DNA of 49,593 nucleotides from Chromera velia (GCA_018398765.1 JAHBMJ010000374.1:1-49593); one strand, 5' to 3'; shown: positions 1 through 13,519, counted from the stretch's first letter. The notes: generated by a model not told the origin, from the letters alone. Made by a program: numbers and translations.

Positions 1-1364
1 GGGGGGGCACCAGATTACTTCCTCTGATTTTTCCTTCCCTCCTGCGTTTCCGTTAGTTTTTGTTGCTTGTTCTTTTCGTTCGTCTTCGTTCTCTCACGGA
101 TTGATTGTCTCATCGCGCATCACTGGACGGAGGGAGGGAGGGGGGGAGAGAGGGAGGAGCTTTCTGCGTGTGTGTCTCTGAGACGGACGTTCTCCCCGTC
201 TCTCTCTCTCTGCCTCGCTCGCCTGGCAGAGGGAGGAAGGGAAGCAGTGAGAAAGGAAGGATCAAGTGATCCGAGGCCTGGATGCCTGTCGAGAGGTGGG
301 AGGGAGGGCACATGCATGTACAAAGAGGGTTCGTGGCTGAGAACAACAAAATTGGTGAGGGAGAGAAACAGAGCGAGAGAGAAGTGAAGGGGAAGCAAGA
401 TGAGGATAGAGGCAGGTGATTTGATTTCCTTTCTCTGTCGATGCGGGGAGGAGACAAGACAGGGTGAAAAAATAAAAGTCGGGCAGCTTGGGGAAGGGGG
501 GAGGAGGTGTCAGAAGAATGAAAATGGGTAGAAAGGAAGACCTTGAAAGGGGAAGGGGGCAAAAATGGAAGAAAGAAACTTCAGGGAACAAAGACGCGTC
601 GATGTGTGTTGATCATGCAGTGTTTTTACACAGCGTCGATTCGTTAATGCAGTGTTGATCAGTTGATCTCAGCCTTGAAGTTGATCTGTAAACAAAAAAC
701 AAAAATAGAAATTCAAATTACTGTGTTTTTATATAACTTATAATATAAGATCTATTGAAAAGCCTATAATAGGAATGTACCATTCATGCCAGCATTCATG
801 TTAAATGATTGGGTAACTTGTAGTAATCATACAATAACATAATTCTGTCTTTAATTGCTAGTGTAATTGTGAAACGGTCAAAAAAAAAAAAAAGATGTAG
901 TTTAATATATGTAATTATCGTTGTAATAGATCTTCATCGATTCCAAATAAGGGTTCATGCATAAAATATTCTATAGAATAATCCTCTGATTTATTAGTCT
1001 CATTATGAAGTGATTCTCATACAAAAAAAGTTTGAATCTTTACACAGGTTCAAATCTGTTCAACCGGGGGGGGAGGGGGAATGGTCAGGGTCACGGTGAC
1101 CCCTCGATGTATTGAATGAAAATCAACGAATTCAAGTGGGAAAACGCTCCAAGAAGCCGGTCTTTCTCTGCGTTTATGCATCGTGCAGTCACTTTCTGTC
1201 TTTGGATTAACACACTCATGCATGATGTAGCCACAAGCAATGAATCAATCGTAATTTCACTTGGGTCACTGTATGTCGACCGTCACAAAAAATTGGCAGC
1301 TACATGGAGCACAGACACACGCGCGCGCACATACAGAGAGAAAATGGGAGGTGGGGGGCTAGCT

Positions 1365-1428
1365 NNNNNNNNNNNNNNNNNNNNNNNNNNNNNNNNNNNN
1401 NNNNNNNNNNNNNNNNNNNNNNNNNNNN
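1365..1428. other. Assembly gap (64 N)
   Basis: Run of N. Confidence 1.
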
Positions 1429-2364
1429 TAAGGGAGCTTGGGAGAGATGTGCGGGTCCTTCGTTGTCGCGGGGGCGTAATTGATCCGTCTGAGCCCCTGA
1501 CCTTTGCTTCTACAGAGAAAGATTTTCTGACTGCATCCATCCATTCAATATTGGACTCCTAATTCTTCTGGAGGTTGTCTCTGACAGTCATGCAGTGGAA
1601 ATCAACAAGCAGGTTGGCAGGCAATCAGAAAGGCATGCGGAGGGTAGCAGGAACAACGGAGAAGGAAGCATTCTTCGGCTTCGGCTGCAGTCTGTCTGTC
1701 CAGACAAAAAGAAGGACAGGGAGAGGGACAGGGAGAGAGCGAATGCCCCCGAAAGGAAGGAATTGCGTAATCACCTTCATCGGTCAGTTGATCGATCCAA
1801 GGAGAATTTGGATGACTACGTGGATGACGCATTCGAAGCAAAGGGAACGGATTCCCCTCCCTTCCACGCTTTCCATTTTCTGCTTGCTCTCTCTCGCTCG
1901 CTCTCTCGCTCTCTCTGCGTGTGTGGCTTTGAGTCGAACCTTCTCCCGTTCTCCTTCCTCAATGCATCTCGAGATCTCTTTTTTCGATGGTCTTTTCGTC
2001 TGTCGCCTGTTCTGCTTCTAGATCCCTCTTCCTTCTCCCCTTCCGATTTTCCACCTTCAGTCTCCTTCAACTCTTCTTCCCCTCCTTCGTTCCTTGCTTC
2101 ATTGATTCCATCAATCCTCCCAGAACTGCCTCCCGCCCCTTTCTCTCCGGCTTCCTCTTTTCTGCGAGGCCGCCAGCCAGTGATTCAGCAAGCAGGAAAG
2201 AAAGAAAGAAGGGAACGAAGGAAGGAAACCAAGAAAGAAAGGTAGACAGAGGCTTCCTTCATCTTCTGTCTCTTTTTCTTTCTCTTGCTCTTGCAGGGAA
2301 TGAGGCAAGTAGGCGAAAGGGAGGAAGTAAAAAAAGATCCTGAGATCCGTGAACCTCCCCGTCA

Positions 2365-2405
<41 letters not shown>

Positions 2406-4296
2406 GGCATTAGAGAGACATCATGCGTGTGTTATACTGTTGACATAAGGGCGTGCAAGCACAAGACAAGGAGGAAGAGAGGGAGGAGGGGTCTATGAAG
2501 GCGTTTCAGAGGAGAAAATCAGCTGTGTCTGTCGGTATTTCTTCCCTTTCTACATCGTCGCCTGCATTCCTTCTGCCCTCTCCCGCTGCCCAGTTCATCG
2601 TCTGCGAAGGAAGCAACAGATCCCATTCCTTCCTTCTCTTTCTCGCTTCTTCTTTCGGTCACCCACCGACAGCGACGAGAGAAAAAATGAGTGCCCGCCT
2701 CTTTTTTTCCAACAGGAAAAGGGAATGCAAGCAAATACGCGTGCTCTCTCTGTGTTCCTCCCCCCCGCCTTCTGATTTCTCCATTGGTGTTCCTTCCAAC
2801 ATACAATAGAAACCTTCTGACCTCTCCGCGTGAGAAGCCGAACAGATTCAGGGGAGGCGGTCGGTCTTGCAGATGGAGATGGTCCAGGAAGAGGGGCTGG
2901 CAAGTGACGTGAGAGGGAGGGAGTCGTTTTCGCCTTCTTCTTTCTTTCATTCCTTCTTCTCTTTGTTGCTTCCCCCCTTCCCGCTTTTCCTTCAGGCCCT
3001 TTCCCTCCCCCTGTCCTCATGGAATTAATTATGCTCCCCGTTCCATGCATCCATCCTCTCCCTCTTTTCTGCATGTCTTGTCTCACTCACTCACTCACTC
3101 ACTCACTCACTCATCGATGACAAAAATGATTTTACCCACAGTCAGGCAGATCAGGAAACGCCCCCAAGCCCCCGCCAGTCATTTCGTCGGGTCAACTAAG
3201 AGTGCAGAGGAAGAGTAGAAAGCAGTGCACCGCCGTGACTGGAAAAGACAAAAGAAGTATTCGACAGCGACAGACAGTCAAATGTGCCAAGAGACACACG
3301 CACAGACAGGCAGGATGGTTCGAGTCCGTCAATCTCTCGAAATGGTAAAGAAAAGAAGAGGGAGGGCACGGATGCACCCAGATGGTCGGAAGAAGCAGAG
3401 AAGGAAGAAACGAAACGAAGAGGGACAACAAGAGAGAGAGACACTTCAGGGAATTAAACGAAAGGAAGGGAAGAACACAATGTAGATTCATCTCCTTCTG
3501 CAGCCAAAAGGGGGGAAAGGGGAAGGGCAGGAAGGGGTGACGCGTGGAGGCAGGCAGACAGACAGAAGACACCGTCAGCCCGAAAATGTCAAACCGCGCC
3601 GGTCTCTGATCGATCGTTCTTTCCCACTCGCCCCTCTTCCTACGAACCGAAGGACGGGAAAGGAACAGAAAGGGCGAACACTGCAATACAATAAAGGAAG
3701 ACCAAACCCCGAACTGGTAAGGTAAGATCCTTCCAAAGAAGAGGCGCCTCATCCATCTCCAGACCGAGACACAAAGGCGGAGAAAGGCTGTAGGTTTCAC
3801 ACACACACACACAGAGAGGGGAGGGGGGGAGGGAGAAAGAACGAGAGAGACAGAGAAACAGAGAGGGCAAATCCATGCCTGAATCAATCAAGCCAGTTGC
3901 TATACAATGGGCGAAAAGGACGAGAGGGAGGGAGCCAGATCGAGGAACGAAGTCGACTCAATTGCCACTTCACGCCTCCATGCCTCTCCTCCCTTCTCTT
4001 CCTCTTCCTACACCCCTTCCAACCAACCCCTCCTTCCCTTTTTCTCCAATGCTTCCCGGAAAGACCATTTCTTTCTTTCGCTCATCGCCCCTGGCACCCT
4101 ACCCTGCCACTCGCTGCCATTTCAAGTGAATCGGTTCCGTGAATCATCAATAAAGCAGCAGTCTTGACAGCTGTTCCCTTTTCCCTTTCCTTTTTACACG
4201 ATCGCTCGACAGGCTGATGAACGAAGACGTCAAGAACCAGATTGACTTGCTCGAGAAAAACAAACAAACACATTCACGCATGCATCGGTCGAGCGA

Positions 4297-5333
4297 TCAA
4301 TCTAAGGAGCCGGGTCCGGTCAGCGGCGCAGGGGGCGAGGTGACCATAGAGTCTTTGTCTCTCTCCGCGTGACCCCCGTTTGTGCTCGTGATTGTTGGTC
4401 TGTCTGAGTTGTGTGCGGGAGAGGTCTCATCTCTGTCTCTGTCGTCTGTCTTTTCTTTCTCTTTTCCCTCTCCCACCGCTTCCTCTCCCTCTCCCTCGCC
4501 CTCTTGTGCTGGGGGGCCTGCAGGAGACGGGCACGGCCGCTTCCTCCCACGCACATGATCGCTCTTCTCCTCCTGCCCCCCCCTCTGTTCATCTCCCTCC
4601 ATCGTCACGTCTCCTCCTTCGGCCCCCCCTCCTCCAAGTCCCGTCTCTGGTCCTGCTGCCCCTCCCACGGGCAGTGCCCCTGTGCAGGAGGACGAAGAAG
4701 ACGAAGAGGAAGAGGAAGAAGGCACGGTAGAAAGAGGAGCGTCAACTCCGAAAGGGAAGGAAGTCGGGGGATTGGCGGCTGAAGAGAAGGGGAGCCGTGG
4801 GGGGGGGCGGATCTGACTCGGGACGGGACGGGGTTGTGCAGGGCTGACAGGAGACGGGGAGACTGCGTGCGTCCCAGACTGAGTCTGAGATTGAGGCTGT
4901 GCATCAGTTGGAAGACGATGCACAGGAGAGACACCCGCGACACCTCCAGCACTGCTACTGCCGACCGCTGCCGAGGCGGCTGCGTTTGTGCCATGCTCGG
5001 CTGTGGCAGGAGAGTGACCAGGTTGACTGTTGCTGTTGGAGGTTTCTCTTTCCCTTCCCCCTCCCGGTGCTGCGGCTGAGGGCTGTTGCTGTCGAGTGTT
5101 TGCAGTAGTCCTCTCCTTTTCTCTTGCAAGCTCTGCGTCAATCCTCTCGTCTGTGAACGTGCCGGGAGGGAAGGGAGCAAGCGGGTGGGTGGTCGGATCC
5201 TCGAAAAGCTTCTCTCCCGCAAACTCCTCGTACCTGCATACATGCCAAAAAACTCGACTAGGGAGTGAATGAATGCACACCAAGGTCCAAATTGTAGATC
5301 AAAAAGTCAATCATGGGAACCTAGGAGGGAGAG

Positions 5334-5364
<31 letters not shown>

Positions 5365-6773
5365 AAAAAAGAAAGAGGAAGGAAGCAAGGAAGGAAGGAA
5401 GGAGGGAAGGAAGGAAGGAAGGAAGGAAGGAAGGAGGGAAGGAAGGAAGGAGGGAAGGAGGGAAGGAAGGAAGGAAGGAAGGAAGGAAGGAAGGAACGTA
5501 GGAAGGAAGGAAGCACGGCAGCCAAAAACGCTGAAGGGGGAAATCTGAGAGACAAGTTGCTTGATTGCTCGACCTGCAGATGTGCTGAGCAGAACGAACT
5601 GAGCTACCCGCCTCGTGACTCTTCTCTCATCTTGATTGACTAAGTGACGGACTGACTGACTGACAGAAGGACTGACTGACCAATCTGGTGGAGATGGCCG
5701 CGGGAGAGGCCAGCACTTTGTTCTGTCCAGCTGGTCTATTGGTGTTCTGTGCATCCACGCAAACAACTCGACCCCCCTTTGTTTCCTTGCCACCAGGTCG
5801 TGTCCCCACAAGGGCTCGATGAACCCGGGACCGAATTTGAGGATCGAGAGGACTTCATTGTAGGAACACCCGTAGGGGATGTCCGAAATCGACAGACCTT
5901 CCAGAGAACCCCCCAACAAAAGATTTTCCCTCCACCAAAATTCGCAGTGGGCACAGCAATTGGAACCCTTCTGGGGCGGGCGCGGTTGGAGTCTGTTCAG
6001 AATGCACGTTACACAGGACCCCCCCCCCTTTTTGGTATTTGCAGGCTTCTTCACATATGGGGGGACGCAGTTGTTGTACCACTCTTTTAGGGAGAATCCC
6101 TTTTTACACCACCCTGTCATCTTCTCCAGAGCCTTTTCTTGGTCCCCGAGGAGGGCCTTGGGGTCTGCGTAGGGAAGAGGGGGGGGTGGGTTGGTCGGTT
6201 CAGGTCGTTGTAAGGGGATGGTAGCGATAGCAGCGGCAGAGGGTAGAGGGACCAGAAGAGACGAGGAGGAGGCGGCAGATGCCAAGGCGCCTCCTCCCCC
6301 TTTCTTTCCTGTCTTGCCTTTCCCGGTCTTTTGCTTCTTCGGGGCTGCACAAAGAAGGGAAGGGAGCAGGAAGGCGGGAGGGTGACTCGGTGCAGAAACG
6401 CCGGTATGGCTGTGGAGGCAGCGGGGGGGCATGACTTTGCGCAATCTTCAGTCAGGAGATGAGATAGTGCCGAAGAGTGGAGAATGAAGCAGTAGCAGCG
6501 GCAATCAAGAGTAGCCAAGAGTGGAAGGAAGTTGTACAAACCAGACTGAGAAGAATTCGAGCGAAAAGGCTTGATCCTCATGCCAAGAGAAGGGACAACA
6601 GGAAGGAGACGTGAACAGAGACGGCTATCAGCATGAGCAGACTGACGTGTGGAGTCACCTGAGATGACTCGTGGACTTTTGCAAAAAGGAAGTACGTCTG
6701 AGCTCTTTCCCTATGCGCTTATTCTCTTCTGTTTTCTCACCGGCACTCCGTTTTCTTTCAAACACTGACCCAT
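4297..6773 (-). CDS. Hypothetical protein, ~534 aa: basic N-terminus, C-x2-C-x16-C-x2-C motif, low-complexity C-terminal half
   Basis: Coding exons 6773-6770 (ATG G|GTCAGT), 6344-5681 (tgcag|CC...TG|GTCAGT) and 5233-4297 (tgcag|G TAC...TGA). Phases match and give MAPKKQKTGKGK...CVTCILNRLQPRPPQKGSNCCAHCEFWW...PPDW|YEEFAGEKLFEDP. No family recognised. Confidence 0.7.
5330..5511. repeat. (GAAA)n(GAAG)n microsatellite in intron 2 of the orphan gene
   Basis: Directly visible. Confidence 0.95.
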
Positions 6774-7637
6774 TTCGATACTCCTTCAGTGTTTCCGTCC
6801 TTCCTTCTAAGAAAGAAAGGCACAGGGTTGCAACAACAATGCTTGACTCGGACTCTCGTTTCCTTGACAAGAGACACAACAGCTATCTAGGCTCTCAGGC
6901 AAAAGACGACGAATCCCGACGCATCAAGCTGCACTTCGGTGTACGCGCACACTTTGACCAGGATGACCTACGAGAACAACAACACGCGGAAATGCTTTCG
7001 AGGTGTTGCTCAAGGGATACGTAACCTCTCTCTTGTTTCGTACTGCGTATTTCGGCCTCCGCTCGGTCTTGCCGAATATTTCAATGGAAACCTCAGTTTT
7101 CTGTCAGACTCGAGCGAAACGTCAAATACACTGTCACAGATACAAGCATCCAATGTGACAGAAAGTCCAGGAAACTTTGAGTATCCATGTCTGTCATATG
7201 CAGTCATGCAGACAAACTGCGTGTCATGCTATGGCATGCCAGGGTCTCGCGCGATCAGTACCGTGCGCAAAAGTGGCCCCGGAAAGTATACATGCATGCG
7301 TGGGGCGCGGCCCGTACGCCCGGCCGCGGCGCCGCGGTCTATACTTACCGCGCGACCGTGCATGTGTGGCATTGTGTGGCGCCGCCAAAATTTTCTTCTT
7401 GGAGGTCGAAGGGAGCTCCCATGGGCTCCCCCTCTCTATGAATACTCAGCAATACTCAGCATTGACGCGAGATATCGCTATACGTATTCAAGACCAACAT
7501 TCTTGCCGTGGTGGTCGAGGGCGCTAGCTGGTCCTGCTTGCTACATATTCTCGGCTGTTTGAGTTGGTTGGTCGACTGAGGATCGGCCTCACGTGGTGTC
7601 GATCCCCGCTTCTCGATAGATCAGTCGTTCAGTCGAA
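6774..7637. promoter_or_regulatory. Head-to-head intergenic region, putative bidirectional promoter (orphan gene / IMPACT)
   Basis: 864 bp between divergent ATGs, free of microsatellites, with a GC/CpG-rich core at ~7290-7385 containing TGCATG motifs. Confidence 0.5.
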
Positions 7638-10388
7638 ATGGCGCCTGGATTGAGTGAAGAGGCAGAGCAGGAGACGGAGGCATTGAGGTACATCTTCGAG
7701 GAAGAGAACGTACTGACAACGGAGGAGGAGGGAGAAATGGTGGTGAGGGTCAGAACAATTGCACACCAGTCAGAAGGAGACGGAGACGGAGACGGGGATG
7801 GGTCTTCGTTCATGATTGCGTTTGCCATTCCTGCAAGCTACCCGGCAGAGCACCCCCCCCGTTTACAAGTCCAGGCGTCGTGGTTGTCACCCGAGATTTC
7901 TTCTGAGCTTTTTAGTGGGGTGGTTGAGAGTCTTTTTTCCCCCGGCTGCCCGGTCTTGTTTGACGCTTGTGAGACGGTCCGAGAGTCAATTCCGAGACCC
8001 CCCCGTCCGGAGCAGTCGGCACCGAGCAATGCTAAGAGAGATACTGAGAAGGAGGGGCACGGCTGTGTGGTTGCAGAGACAGTCCATGTAGCAGCAAAAG
8101 GAACCAAGGAAGAAAAAGAGAAAGAGCGACTGTGCATGAATCAAACGGATCAAACGGCAAATCCGTCCGAGCGGAAAGAAGAGAAGGAGAGGGAAGACAC
8201 GGGGAAAGGGTACAAGCGAACGAAGGGGTATGCAGGTCAGTGGTACCACCATGACTACAAACGGCTTGTACTGTATCAAGAGCGCGCACAGCCAATGTGG
8301 GGAGCTCTTTTGATGTAACCCAAGAATGTTCATCGTTTGAAAGGTCGTCTGATTGGGTAATTGATGGGTGAATCTTACTCATGACTTGATCTGTTATCTG
8401 ACTGTCAGATAGTGGGTCAGCGGGTGATCTGACTGCATTGGAAAAGACTTGATGATTGGGCTGATTCACAGATTGCGCATGCATGCAGATCGATGGATAG
8501 ATGGATGGACGGAATCTGGTTCGATGCAGGCACGCAGGTAGATGTGTGTGGCTTGTCACTCTTTGAGTAGCCTGCTGATTGGCCCAGTGTGTGTGACTGT
8601 GTGTCCACTCCGCCACCCATCCTCCCTCCGTCTATCCCCATCGAATTAATCTCTGCAGGTCCCGAAGTATTCCACGGCACCCCCTTCGTTGACAGGAAGA
8701 GCGTCTTTCAGGCCCACGTTGCGCAGGTGACCTCCATGGAAGAAGTCACTGCAGTGAGGGAGGAGCTGATGAGCTGTAGCTCCAAAATTGCGAGGGCGAC
8801 TCACAACATCATGGCGTACAGGTGAGAGCATGAGCAGAGAGCGAATGATAGATATCTATATGTCCAGCCAAAGACATTCATCTGCTTTACGCATACACAC
8901 AGGGAGAGAAAGAGAGTCTGGCTGCCTGCCTGTTTGTCCCTCTGTCCTTCTGTCCGCCGTCCATTTGTTCTTCTCTTGTCTAGTTGTTTGCCTGAAGGGA
9001 AAAAAGAAAGAAAAAGAAAAAGAGAATTCATACTCTCTGTCTGAGTCTGCCAGTCTGTCTGTCTGCGTCTCTCTCCGTTTGTTCTCTTTGCCGACGTGTC
9101 CCATCAGGGGGGGGGAAGACGCAGAACAATGAAGACCTCGATCTCTGCCCAGGTCTCTCTCTGTGTTAGTGTGGGGGCCCGCGTGCATTTTTGTCTTGAT
9201 CGTGCTTGCAGGTTTAGAGGCGCAGCGAGAAAGCCTCGAGGAGGGAAGGGGGGAGGAGACAAGGGCAGACCGAGCAATTCAACGACTGGGGATGGGGGAG
9301 GAGGACCTCATTCGAGCGGTCGTCAGCATTCTATGGAAAGCACGAATTCCTATCAACGATCGCTAAGTGGCAAAGACAAGGAAGGTCTGCAAGGCCCCCA
9401 CAGAAATTTAGACGACAGCCAATTCTCCACCGACAGTCTGGAGGCAGCTGAGGAGCATGAAGAGGAGGAGAGGGTGAAGGGCAAAGAGAAAGAGGGGCTT
9501 CGCATGCAGTTTCTGACTGGAGGGGGGGGAAGAAGGAGAGATTCAGGACCTGGAGGGGTGAAGCAGAAGCAGACGGTTGGGGGGGTGTCTTCAAGGAACA
9601 GGAAGCACCAAGGAGGGAAGAGAGAAGACCGAGAGAATGGCAGTGGGGGGGCGTCTGTTCCTCCTCGTGACACTGAAGCTGAACCCCCAGGATCGCAGTC
9701 TGAGGTTCTGCACCAAGATCATGACAGCGATGGAGAGACGGCCGCAGGGGGAAGGCTGCAGCACCTGCTTGCAATGACAGACACTGAGGGGGTTGTCGTG
9801 GTTGTCTCCAGGTGGTTCGGGGGCATTCAGCTAGGTCCAGACAGGTCCGTCGGAAAACCCCTTCTTCTCATGTCTCTTGGCATGCATGTATACCTGTATC
9901 CATGCATTTGAAATGTAGGTATGCAGCTCTGTGCATTCGTCCTGGTTTTTCGCCAATTAATTCACGGATATCAACTGTATTGATGCATGCAATTTTTGTA
10001 TTGTGAGGACCATGTGTGATGTTTCGAAGGGGTTGTTTCTTTTCCATGAGCCGAACGGATTGTTTGCAACTGTTCATCTGTCTGAGCTTCTGTTTGTCTG
10101 CGGGAAAGTGACGAAGAGAGAGAGAGATTCAGACTAAATTTAGCAGCGTGTTTGAATGCACGTAAGTATGTATACGTAAACATGTAGATGTGTACGTTTG
10201 CATGTGATACTTAGGTACCCAGTGTCACGCAATTGAATGGCATGTACCGCAGATTCAAGCACATCAACAATGTTTCTCGACAACTTTTGGAAGAAACCGG
10301 ATTCATCGGCCAAAAGACCTCTGGAAAGAGCGGGGAGGGGGATAATGAGTCTCTTCAGCAAAAAGGAAAACGGAAAAATAAAAAATAA
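7638..10388 (+). CDS. IMPACT: IMPACT/YIH1 family protein (N-terminal RWD domain + UPF0029 ancient domain), ~509 aa
   Basis: Exons 7638-8235, 8659-8821, 9212-9844, 10253-10388, all GT-AG and phase-consistent. RWD signatures: EQETEALRYIF, IPASYPAEHPP, PGCPVLF. UPF0029 signatures: DRKSVFQAHVA, IARATHNIMAYR, DGETAAGGRLQHLL, VVVVSRWFGGIQLGPDRFKHINN. Lys-rich C-terminal tail. Confidence 0.93.
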
Positions 10389-11569
10389 ACTGCAAATCTT
10401 TACCGGTGTTTATATATGCATACTTTCAAAAAGTTTGAGTGAAACAGTTTAGAAAAAAAAAATAAAGATCTATAAGAATCTTTGCGTATTTGTGCGCAGT
10501 TTTTTTGTTTGTGTTCATTTAGTGATGATCTTAGTATTTGATTCTAATTGACAACATTGATTGATTTGATTGATTGATTGATTGATATGTTCCGCCCTAT
10601 ATTAGTTATGATATATTACGATAGTCTCCATCATTATGGGGGATCTGCATTGCCTCCACTCTCTCTCCTGTACCGGATAAAGCCTGCTCTTTCTTTTCCA
10701 TTGGCTTTCAAGTTCTTTCTCCCCTCATATAATATATAGTAATACACATTGAGCTAGAACTGCTCGAATCACCGTAAGTTACCGTAAGTTGCTTAACTGA
10801 TTTTGGAGTTTGTTCTACTTTGTTGTTCAGAATTTCTTCTCAGACCTCCAATTAATTACAATTAATTTAGATTTATCTTAATTTATCTGAGCAACCGTCC
10901 ATCAGAAGACGCACAAAGATACACATAGCACACACTCTTCACATTTACCATTTTGTCCAGGACCTCACTAGATAACGCTAACAAAACCGACAAACAATAA
11001 TGCATACCTAGCATTTTGGGGGGGCTGGCTATGTTTGGTGTACCCTGTGCAGAGGAGCACCATGGCGCACCCCGACCATAAACCAAACCAAACAATTAAT
11101 CTCGCGCGAATGCGCGCGCGAGCAAAGTTGGTTTTTTTTTTTTAGCTGATACATGCATGCATGCACATACATTTTCACATGCAGATGCTTATATCGATGT
11201 ATACATATCACTGCATGTCACTGAGAAACCTGTTGATCAGAAGTGAATACGTGTCCTCAAATGCTAGGACAAATGACAGAATAAGAAGAAGCAGAGCAGG
11301 AACGGTTGCATCAACATTGATCCAATCAACATCCAAAACGGACAGGTTTCAATCGAAAATGCGAAATACGACATAATTTCCTTCGCACGTTCCTCTCGGC
11401 TGTTTCTTTGCGTTCGCGGCCTTCTTTGCTGCCGTATTTCGTCACGAAACTTCCTCTGTGAACAGACCTATAACGGCTGTGTGGGCACAGTGCCTCAACC
11501 GGACCAGCTGTAAGAGTACAGTCTCGCTCTTCCTGCAACACCAGAAGAGACAGTTCGTTGGCATAGAAA

Positions 11570-12780
11570 ATGCAATCAACGTCTGCACAGGGGGCGGCCT
11601 CGAAAGACGAAGACTTGGCCAGTGTAACAGAGGAGAGCCCACTGAAGAAAATCGCCGCAGGAGAGCACCCTCGACAGCCTGGAGGTGGAGGGACAGACAC
11701 GAATGCAGCTGCAGAGGGAGACTCTCAAGAAAGACCTAAACAGCAGGGGGCCGCTTCGTCCAGTGCTCCTGGCGGCGTCCGAGTGGCACTTTTGGTCTTT
11801 CTTGCCGTCATATTTTTCACGTTCATTGTGGTTGTTTTTGGATCAGTCAAAAGGCCGGCAGCTGCCCCCGACGTAGATATTAACCCCGCCCGAACTTCGG
11901 AGGCACCAGTGACAACCGGACAACAAAATTCAGGAGGAACAGCCGAAACCTCATCGCAATTCCTTTCCTCCTCTTCCGATGGCAATTCTGGCCAGCCTGT
12001 CTCATCAGACGTCCCAAGCGATCAAGGCAGCCCATCCGCGATCACTGCCTTGTCGACTCCTGCACTGTCTGAATGTCCCCCTTGCCCCGCTGCCTCTTCC
12101 GCGGTTTCACCTGCAGTAGAGCCTTCTCTTCCCAGTACCGTGTGCCCCAACAGCACGGGCCTCTCTTCCCCTTCGTCTGTTCCTCAAACAGGGACGGGAG
12201 CTTTCCTCTCAGGCCAGGAAGCGGGTCGTCTGCTCTACTTATCCGACGGCCTTCATCACCCCCTCACCGCTCCCCGTCTGTTCGACCCAAGCCTTCTTTC
12301 TCCCCTCACTCAGGAGTTTCAGGAATTCATTTACAGACACCAGCATCCACAGGACTGTAGTAAGGTCAGTTGGTCAGTCAGCCGGCTGTGTGCCAGTCAG
12401 CAGCTTTCGGGAGCTTCGCGCTAGCTCTGGTTGATCTTCGGGGGGTTCTTCGGGGGATCGATTTGATTTTCACGTCTTTTAATCATGACCGCCTCTCTTC
12501 TACATGGTGCTTTCTGTCTATCTGTTTTGTGGGGGAACAAAATGGTCTCCTTGCCTGTCTCTTTGTGAGGGAAAAGAAAAGGAACATATGGTCTCTCTCT
12601 GTGTCCCTCCGTGCTCATGCATGGGTGAAATGGAAGGGAACGGAAGGGTGTCGGTCTGTCTTTCTGTGTGGCTGTCTGTGTCTGTCTTTCTGTCTGGCTG
12701 TCTGTCTGCCTGTCTGTCTGTGTCTGTCTTTCTGTCTGGCTGTCTGTCAGTCTCTCTGTCTGTCTGTCTGTCTGTCTGTT

Positions 12781-12812
<32 letters not shown>

Positions 12813-12831
12813 CGCCTGTCCGTCCGTCCGC

Positions 12832-12863
<32 letters not shown>

Positions 12864-12901
12864 TCATGAAGAAAAGGAGGGAGAAGAAGAAGAAACATAT
12901 A

Positions 12902-12932
<31 letters not shown>

Positions 12933-12961
12933 AGAAAAGAAGGGAGAAGAAGAAACATATA

Positions 12962-13016
<55 letters not shown>

Positions 13017-13036
13017 CGCCTGTCCGTCCGTCCGCC

Positions 13037-13075
<39 letters not shown>

Positions 13076-13282
13076 TCATGAAGAAAAGGAGGGAGAAGAA
13101 GAAGAAACATATAGTCTGTCTGTCTGTCTGTCTGTCTCATACTGTCTGTCTGTCTATATTTATCTGTCTGTGTATGTCAGACTGTCTGTCTATCTGTCTG
13201 TGATATAGTTTGTCTGTATGTATGTACGTATGTCTACCACTGTAACGGAGAAGAAGAAACATATAGTCTGTCTTTCCTATGG

Positions 13283-13328
<46 letters not shown>

Positions 13329-13485
13329 TGTGTGTGTGCAGGCTCAGTTTCTAATTTCCAATCAGCCCTCCCCTGGGATGGGATCGGAACTCCATCAGCT
13401 GGGTGCGGCTCTGGGGAACTCCCTGCGGACCGGGAAGATATTCGTGTTCTCCTCGGAGGCAGGTGGGTCGCTCTGCGCGTCGGTC

Positions 13486-13519
<34 letters not shown>

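Noticed and set aside
1575..2343. Overlapping plus-strand ORFs next to the first gap
   Set aside because: Low-complexity purine/pyrimidine tracts with no recognisable motif and no consistent splice model.
6939..7562. 207-aa plus-strand ORF
   Set aside because: Non-ATG start, no recognisable motif, and it overlaps the GC-rich divergent promoter region.
12862..13270. CRISPR-like array interpretation of the repeated unit
   Set aside because: Eukaryotic intron, the intervening sequences are (TCTG)n of variable length, and there are no cas genes.
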